From Patescibacteria group bacterium (GTDB lineage Bacteria > Patescibacteriota > Patescibacteriia > JACQRZ01), in NCBI GenBank assembly GCA_038065255.1, contig JBBTRI010000010.1, positions 59,762-123,761 of the forward strand: DNA of 64,000 bases. The letters run 5' to 3'. The position numbers and the translations under genes were made by a program. The notes below the pieces were generated by a model. The model searched no databases and was not told where the DNA came from. It saw nothing but the letters and a program-made list of their open reading frames with translations. Shown in pieces: positions 58,965-64,000 of the stretch (position 1 is the stretch's first letter; the number at the start of each line of letters is the position of its first letter).

Positions 58965-59648
58965 ATAATAATTACCAATTGCTCGTATCCAACCCTCAAT
59001 CCTTCTATAGAGATCTGTGCTCTTAGTCACTCTCATGCAAATAAGTCCATAATAACTCTTTCCTATATTATGTCTAGTAGTTTTGATTTTATTTGTTTTA
59101 AAGTATATGTGTGTTAATTTTGAGAGTGGAACCTTCAGTATTCTTGACCAATATCTTGTCACTTTTTTTAGGGAGTAATAGCTTGATTTGTGAATATAAA
59201 TCTCGTAGTTCAATCGATCTTCATTAATCATAAAAACTTCTTTAAGCCAATACTGAAACAGTCTTAACATATGAGGATCTGAATTTGAGAATTTAATTCC
59301 GCACGTTGGACGATATTCTTTTGCCTTAGATCCTTCAGCCCAGTAAAGCATAATTCCCATTAACCATAAATCTTTTTTCGATAGATCTGTTATATCACTC
59401 GCAGCTTCATCAAATATAGCCTGTGTACGTACTATCCTTTCATTTTTTCTTTTTATTCCACCTCTTCGTCCTGCTTCAAGTTTCTTTTGAGTAAGTCTTT
59501 GTTTCTGTGGTTTAGATAAGTGCACTTCTTTAAGCCATAGCGATAATGTAGATTTTGCAACAGGAACGATTTTAACAATATCCCGCAAGGACATTCCTTT
59601 CTTTCTTAAGCGTAGTGCTTGATTTCTTTCTTCGATCTTTAAAATCAT
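58950..59648 (-). CDS. HTH + LAGLIDADG-like domain protein overlapping tRNA-Gln
   Basis: HTH segment LRKKGMSLRDI...AKSTLSLWL, LAGLIDADG-like helix GIMLYWAEG, and FSNSDP. Start set at ATG 59648. Confidence 0.8.
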   Translation of the reverse strand: MILKIEERNQALRLRKKGMSLRDIVKIVPVAKSTLSLWLKEVHLSKPQKQRLTQKKLEAGRRGGIKRKNERIVRTQAIFDEAASDITDLSKKDLWLMGIMLYWAEGSKAKEYRPTCGIKFSNSDPHMLRLFQYWLKEVFMINEDRLNYEIYIHKSSYYSLKKVTRYWSRILKVPLSKLTHIYFKTNKIKTTRHNIGKSYYGLICMRVTKSTDLYRRIEGWIRAIGNYYCRVV

Positions 59649-59649
59649 A

Positions 59650-59699
59650 AAAACCACGATACATACCTATAGAATACCTTATCGTGGTTTTGTTGTCAA
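59650..59699 (-). promoter_or_regulatory. Promoter with overlapping 12-bp inverted repeat (operator candidate)
   Basis: Minus strand TTGACA-17 nt-TATTCT. AAAACCACGATA (59650-59661) and TATCGTGGTTTT (59680-59691) are reverse complements. Confidence 0.75.
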
Positions 59700-59710
59700 T
59701 TAACTCAGAA

Positions 59711-60631
59711 TTACACCTTCAGATACCGGCCAATGGCGATAGAGGAACTCATAACACTTAAAATAAATGCTGCCAACAACTCGGTTCCGAAGATCGTGGT
59801 GAAATTGTTACTGAAATAGCCGATGACGTCAAGTGCTTGGCCGTCGAAGAATTTTGAGACATAGGGCTGGGACGCGCCGAGTATTGGATAGAGTATAACA
59901 ATTGTAAGCGCAATGGAAATAACACTATAAAGAAGACTTTCGACAATCAATGGTGCTCGAATAAACCAATTTGTTGCACCGACAAGCTTCATGATGCCTA
60001 TTTCGCGCTTACGTGTATAGATTGTCATGCGTATCGTGTTGAAAATAATCAGAATGACAACAAATGCAAAAAAAGCATTTACGGCTATCCCAGCGCGCAC
60101 AATATTATCTTTTACCGATTTGATCTTTTCTATAAGCGCCTGCCGATCATCCATCGTCTGATTCTCAATAAATGTCGCATACTCATCTGCTTTCAGTACT
60201 TCCTGAATGGCTGCGTAGTTACTCACATCTCCTGCCTGTATGACAAGGTTACCGCTCAGAGGGTTGGTATCAAGTTCCTTGAGCGTATCCTGAATAAGCG
60301 TATTACCCTGTTGAGAAAACTTATTTTTCAACTGATCAAGTGCCTGGTCTTTGGTAACATATGTAACACCAGAAACATTTGGCATTGCCTGGAGTCGCGC
60401 TGCAAGTGCCTGAATATCGCTGTCTTGAGCAGTTGGTTTAAAAAAGATGGTTAAATTTACTCGCGCTTCAATTGCATCAAGGGCTGTATCAAAAAAAACA
60501 TTTGCCAGCAAGAAAAAATTAACAGATAAAAATGCTAACGTCATGACGGTAATCGTCACGGTGGAAAGCCATAGATTCCTCCAAAAATTCTGGAATGCAA
60601 AGCGAATGATACGAATGGGTTTGACAAGCAT
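59711..60631 (-). CDS. ftsX: Cell division permease FtsX
   Basis: NTIRMTIYTRKREIGIMKLVGA; follows ftsE. Confidence 0.94.
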   Translation of the reverse strand: MLVKPIRIIRFAFQNFWRNLWLSTVTITVMTLAFLSVNFFLLANVFFDTALDAIEARVNLTIFFKPTAQDSDIQALAARLQAMPNVSGVTYVTKDQALDQLKNKFSQQGNTLIQDTLKELDTNPLSGNLVIQAGDVSNYAAIQEVLKADEYATFIENQTMDDRQALIEKIKSVKDNIVRAGIAVNAFFAFVVILIIFNTIRMTIYTRKREIGIMKLVGATNWFIRAPLIVESLLYSVISIALTIVILYPILGASQPYVSKFFDGQALDVIGYFSNNFTTIFGTELLAAFILSVMSSSIAIGRYLKV

Positions 60632-60634
60632 AGG

Positions 60635-61315
60635 TTAAATGAAATATTTGCCGCCTTCGCGGTCAGAAACAACGCGGCCGTCTTTAATGGATATGACGCG
60701 TTTTTTGAGCATATTTACTACGTCCTTGTTGTGCGTAACAAACACAAGAGTCGTTCCAAGATCATTAATTTTCACAAGCACATCCACAATCCCCCGACTT
60801 GTGAGCGCATCGAGATCGCCAGTTGGCTCATCGGCAATGAGAATATGGGGCCGGTGCACAAGCGCCCGTGCAATGGCAACGCGTTGCTGTTCGCCACCGG
60901 AAAGATGGCGCGGGTATCGACCCTCTTTACCTTCCAATCCAACAATACTAATGACCTGCGGAACAACTGATCGTATAGATGTTCCCGATTCACCACAGAC
61001 TTCAAGAGCAAATGCAATATTTTCGTAAACCGTTTTTTGTTCAAGGAGTTTAAAATCCTGATATACAACACCAATCTGTCTGCGCAATGAGGGAATTTTA
61101 TAGCTTGGAAGCTTTGATACCATAAGTCCATTTACTTCGACTGTGCCAGAGCTCGGACGCTCCTCAGCGGTAATAAGTCGGACGATGGTGCTCTTGCCTG
61201 CTCCGCTCTTTCCAACCAAAAAAACAAATTCGCCTGGTTCAATTCGAAGAGAGAGGTCTTCTAGAACAGTGATATTCGGTTGATAGATTTTAGTAACCGT
61301 CTCAAGGGTAATCAT
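60635..61315 (-). CDS. ftsE: Cell division ATP-binding protein FtsE
   Basis: [30 protein letters not shown]. Confidence 0.95.
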   Translation of the reverse strand: MITLETVTKIYQPNITVLEDLSLRIEPGEFVFLVGKSGAGKSTIVRLITAEERPSSGTVEVNGLMVSKLPSYKIPSLRRQIGVVYQDFKLLEQKTVYENIAFALEVCGESGTSIRSVVPQVISIVGLEGKEGRYPRHLSGGEQQRVAIARALVHRPHILIADEPTGDLDALTSRGIVDVLVKINDLGTTLVFVTHNKDVVNMLKKRVISIKDGRVVSDREGGKYFI

Positions 61316-61321
61316 AAAGAT

Positions 61322-61402
61322 AGTATACCCGATGCAAGAAATAGGAGCAATATACCAAAGACAAAATTATATCTTGTATCTTTTAACAGGAGTCCCTATA
61401 CT
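61322..61402. promoter_or_regulatory. Divergent promoters for ftsE and tRNA-Gly
   Basis: Minus strand TTGCTC-17-TATACT (61350-61322); plus strand TTGTAT-17-TATACT (61374-61402). Confidence 0.6.
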
Positions 61403-61417
61403 GACAACGTATTATGC

Positions 61418-61488
61418 GCGGGTGTAGTACAATGGCAGTATGTGTGCTTCCCAAGCACAAGACGTGGGTCCGATTCCCATCACCCGCT
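61418..61488 (+). tRNA. tRNA-Gly(CCC)
   Basis: Acceptor GCGGGTG/CACCCGC, anticodon arm TGTGC-TTCCCAA-GCACA, discriminator T; no encoded CCA. Confidence 0.94.
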
Positions 61489-61495
61489 GTGAAGC

Positions 61496-61527
61496 AAAAA
61501 CACTCAATCGAAAGATTGGGTGTTTTT
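61496..61527. terminator. Bidirectional terminator between tRNA-Gly and pyrG
   Basis: AAAAACACTCAATC-GAAA-GATTGGGTGTTTTT. Confidence 0.85.
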
Positions 61528-61528
61528 G

Positions 61529-63232
61529 TTATGTTCTATCCTTATTCCTACATGCAGCATCAACAAAACCAATAAACAGTGGGTGGGGATTCAAAAAACT
61601 TCCAGTGAATTCCGGATGAAACTGTGTTCCAATAAAAAACGGATGCACATCTTGCGGTAGCTCCATAATCTCCATTAACACTTTATCTTCAGATGTGCCA
61701 GAAAAAAGAATGCCGGCGTTTTCAAATCTGCTGATGTATTGCGGATTGACTTCATAGCGATGGCGATGACGTTCTTTAATGATATGATTCTGCCTCACAC
61801 TCTTATCTATCCACCGGCCCTCTTTGGCACTTGAATATAATCTATAAGCAAGACTTGCTGTTTTGAGATGCGCAAGATACGAACCGAGACGCATAGTACC
61901 GCCATAACGGTTTTGGCGAATAAGAACGGCTTGATCCGGCATAATATCCACAACCGGATAGGGTGTTTTTTTGGATACTTCTGTTGTATGAGCACCTTCG
62001 AGATTCATCTCACTTCGTGCATATTCGATAAGCGCAAGCTGCATGCCATAACAGATTCCAAAATAGGGTATCTTTTCCTTACGAGCATATCGAATGCCGC
62101 ACATAATACCTTCAATACCCCTACTGCCAAATCCTCCCGGTACAAGCACTCCATCATAAGCCTTTAGCTCACTGACTGACGATGGATTTTTTTCGAATTT
62201 TTGCGAATCGATCCACTCTATTTGAATGCCGCATCCCAGCTGATACGATGCATGCTTAAGGGATTCTATGATAGATATGTAGACGTCAGAGAGAACATAA
62301 TCCCCTGTTTTAAAATACTTACCAATCATAGCGATACGGACTTTTTTTTCTGTTTTTTTTGCCCGCTCAACAATCCGCTTCCATCCCGAAAGATCTGATT
62401 GTTTTTGTGATCGCAAGCGCAGGGTTCGTATAAGAATATCTGTCAATCCATCATGATCAAAATTTAAAGGAACTTCATAAATATTTGGAACGTCAGGCGC
62501 TGAGATAATATTCTTATGAGGAATACTGCACATATCCCCAATTTTCATTTTACGCTTATCGTCGAGCGGATAGGAACCGCGCGCAATGATAATATCAGGA
62601 TGCACACCATAAGAATTGAGGGTATGGACCGCATTCTGCGTTGGCTTTGTTTTCATTTCTCCGATTGTTCCGGGTATTGGCAAGTAGCTGACGAGTGCAA
62701 AAAGCACATCATTCGCATGCTTAAGTTTCATAATTCTTGCAGCTTCGATAAAGATAGCATTCTGATATTCGCCCACCGTGCCGCCAATTTCGACAATAGT
62801 CACATCAGCATGCGTAAGTTCCGCGGAAGCATAAATTCGATTGATAATTTCCTGTGAAATATGAAATGTTGGTTCTACGCATGCGCCTCCATACCCAAGA
62901 TTCCGTTCTCGATCAATTACTGTTTTAAAAATCATGCCATTAGTCATGTAATTTTCCAGAGGAATTTCAATATCCAAAAAACGTTCATAATTCCCCATGT
63001 CTTGATCGCACTCAAGACCGGATGAAAGCACAAAGACTTCCCCGTGTTCTATTGGGTTCATAGTACCAGCATCAACATTCAAATACGGATCAATTTTGAT
63101 GGAGCTTACTGCAAGACCTCGCGATTGAAGAATCTTGGCAATTGAAGCAGAAGCGACACCCTTGCCCACTCCCGACATAACACCGCCAATAACAAATATG
63201 AACTTATGGCGTTTCGCTTTTTGCTGAGCCAT
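61529..63232 (-). CDS. pyrG: CTP synthase
   Basis: GGVMSGVGKG, KIDPYLNVDAGTM, GICYGMQ, QFHPE. Confidence 0.98.
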   Translation of the reverse strand: MAQQKAKRHKFIFVIGGVMSGVGKGVASASIAKILQSRGLAVSSIKIDPYLNVDAGTMNPIEHGEVFVLSSGLECDQDMGNYERFLDIEIPLENYMTNGMIFKTVIDRERNLGYGGACVEPTFHISQEIINRIYASAELTHADVTIVEIGGTVGEYQNAIFIEAARIMKLKHANDVLFALVSYLPIPGTIGEMKTKPTQNAVHTLNSYGVHPDIIIARGSYPLDDKRKMKIGDMCSIPHKNIISAPDVPNIYEVPLNFDHDGLTDILIRTLRLRSQKQSDLSGWKRIVERAKKTEKKVRIAMIGKYFKTGDYVLSDVYISIIESLKHASYQLGCGIQIEWIDSQKFEKNPSSVSELKAYDGVLVPGGFGSRGIEGIMCGIRYARKEKIPYFGICYGMQLALIEYARSEMNLEGAHTTEVSKKTPYPVVDIMPDQAVLIRQNRYGGTMRLGSYLAHLKTASLAYRLYSSAKEGRWIDKSVRQNHIIKERHRHRYEVNPQYISRFENAGILFSGTSEDKVLMEIMELPQDVHPFFIGTQFHPEFTGSFLNPHPLFIGFVDAACRNKDRT

Positions 63233-63240
63233 AGATTGCT

Positions 63241-63495
63241 TTATGATTGGAATTGTGGAAGGCCTTTTTCTGCAAGAAATGCCACAACAGCATCTGCATC
63301 CGTATCTGCCAGAATATCACCGTCAACATCGAGAGTCGGAGCCTTTTCCTGTCCGGACTTATCTCTCATTTCCTGATAATACTTCTCATTACTTAGTACT
63401 TCTCTCTCTTCAAATGGAACACCTTTTGACTGCAGAAGCTCAAGAACCTCTTCACACCAAGGGCACCCCCGTTTTGTATAGACAATAATGTTCAT
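63241..63495 (-). CDS. Glutaredoxin-family protein
   Basis: MNIIVYTKRGCPWC and SGQEKAPTL. Start set at ATG 63495. Confidence 0.9.
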   Translation of the reverse strand: MNIIVYTKRGCPWCEEVLELLQSKGVPFEEREVLSNEKYYQEMRDKSGQEKAPTLDVDGDILADTDADAVVAFLAEKGLPQFQS

Positions 63496-63578
63496 ATAAC
63501 GTATACTGCAAAAGTTATTAACAGAAACATTGTACAGACAGATTAGCACGACAGGCTCGATCGAGCAAAAAAGTATAT

Positions 63579-63651
63579 GCCAGCGTAGCTCAGTTGGTAG
63601 AGCAATGCTTTCGTAAAGCAGAGGTCGTGGGTTCGAATCCCACCGCTGGCT
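63579..63651 (+). tRNA. tRNA-Thr(CGU)
   Basis: Acceptor GCCAGCG/CGCTGGC, anticodon loop TTCGTAA, T-loop TTCGAAT; no encoded CCA. Confidence 0.95.
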
Positions 63652-63844
63652 TTGAAAAAGTTTGAAAAGACTGCGAGTAATAGAACTGCTTCTATTGCGT
63701 GTGGGATGAGAAGACCGCAGCGATATTTTGCCAGAAGGCAAAATCGCGAGGGGCGGCCTGCGACCAAGGTGAGCGACGGCGAACCGAGAGTTGTAGGCGA
63801 ATCCCACCGCTGGCTTTGAAAAAGTTTGAGAAGACCGCAGCGAT
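63634..63844 (+). repeat. 32-bp direct repeat of the tRNA-Thr 3' end bracketing a structured insert
   Basis: CGAATCCCACCGCTGGCTTTGAAAAAGTTTGA at 63634-63665 and 63798-63829; GAGAAGACCGCAGCGAT at 63708-63724 and 63828-63844. Confidence 0.9.
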
Positions 63845-63851
63845 GATTTTC

Positions 63852-64000
63852 TTAATCACCGAAAAAGTATTTCCACCATTCTACTCGGATGGAACGATCT
63901 GGCGAATTTTGACCGTAAATCAACGAAGGGTTTTTTTCCTCAGAAGGCTCGCTATCTTTTTTAAATGGAGAAGTTTTAGAATTATTTTGCAAAATGACCA
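63852..64000 (-). CDS. C-terminal end of a CDS entering from beyond the window (possibly FtsB/septum-initiator-like)
   Basis: Open frame VILQNNSK...SIRVEWWKYFFGD-stop. The WWxYFF ending recalls CPR FtsB-like proteins, from memory only. Confidence 0.5.
   Translation of the reverse strand, partial: VILQNNSKTSPFKKDSEPSEEKNPSLIYGQNSPDRSIRVEWWKYFFGD

Noticed and set aside
63496-63807. N-terminal extension of the 188-aa minus-strand ORF
   Set aside because: It runs antisense through tRNA-Thr and the repeat. Only the glutaredoxin part from ATG 63495 is credible.
63634-63844. Possible CRISPR array or prophage boundary
   Set aside because: There are only two copies, they derive from the tRNA, the spacing is too long for CRISPR, and no cas, integrase or phage genes are in the window.

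Overview
This 64 kb window is bacterial chromosome DNA read in the standard genetic code. It is most consistent with a Patescibacteria/CPR (Parcubacteria-like, possibly ABY1) genome. That assignment is an inference from dispersed core operons, tRNAs without encoded CCA, scarce Shine-Dalgarno sites, and CPR-type proteins (FG-GAP glycoside hydrolase, DUF5671, RlpA-peptidase S11 fusion). Core genes: rpsB (partial), rpmE, prfA, dcd, prmC, rplY, rodA, gyrB, secE-nusG-rplK-rplA, gatB, miaA, miaB, thrS, dnaE, lysS, greA, mrdA, nth, ftsEX, pyrG, plus tRNA-Gln, tRNA-Gly and tRNA-Thr. An accessory stretch at about 40-59 kb holds GNATs, DoxX proteins, an ABC exporter, a NUDIX protein, surface proteins and an NRAMP transporter. 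I found no CRISPR array, integrase, transposase or reverse transcriptase. The best leads are: (1) an HTH + LAGLIDADG-like gene with an inverted-repeat-guarded promoter whose stop codon lies inside tRNA-Gln; (2) a structured ~164-bp insert after tRNA-Thr bounded by a 32-bp duplication of the tRNA 3' end; (3) an rpsB leader with an anti-SD pseudoknot; (4) an orphan terminator and possible small RNA next to an inverted-repeat-flanked consensus promoter; (5) an Nth lacking its 4Fe-4S motif, downstream of two GNAT genes. All family calls come from motif recognition by eye; no database searches were run.
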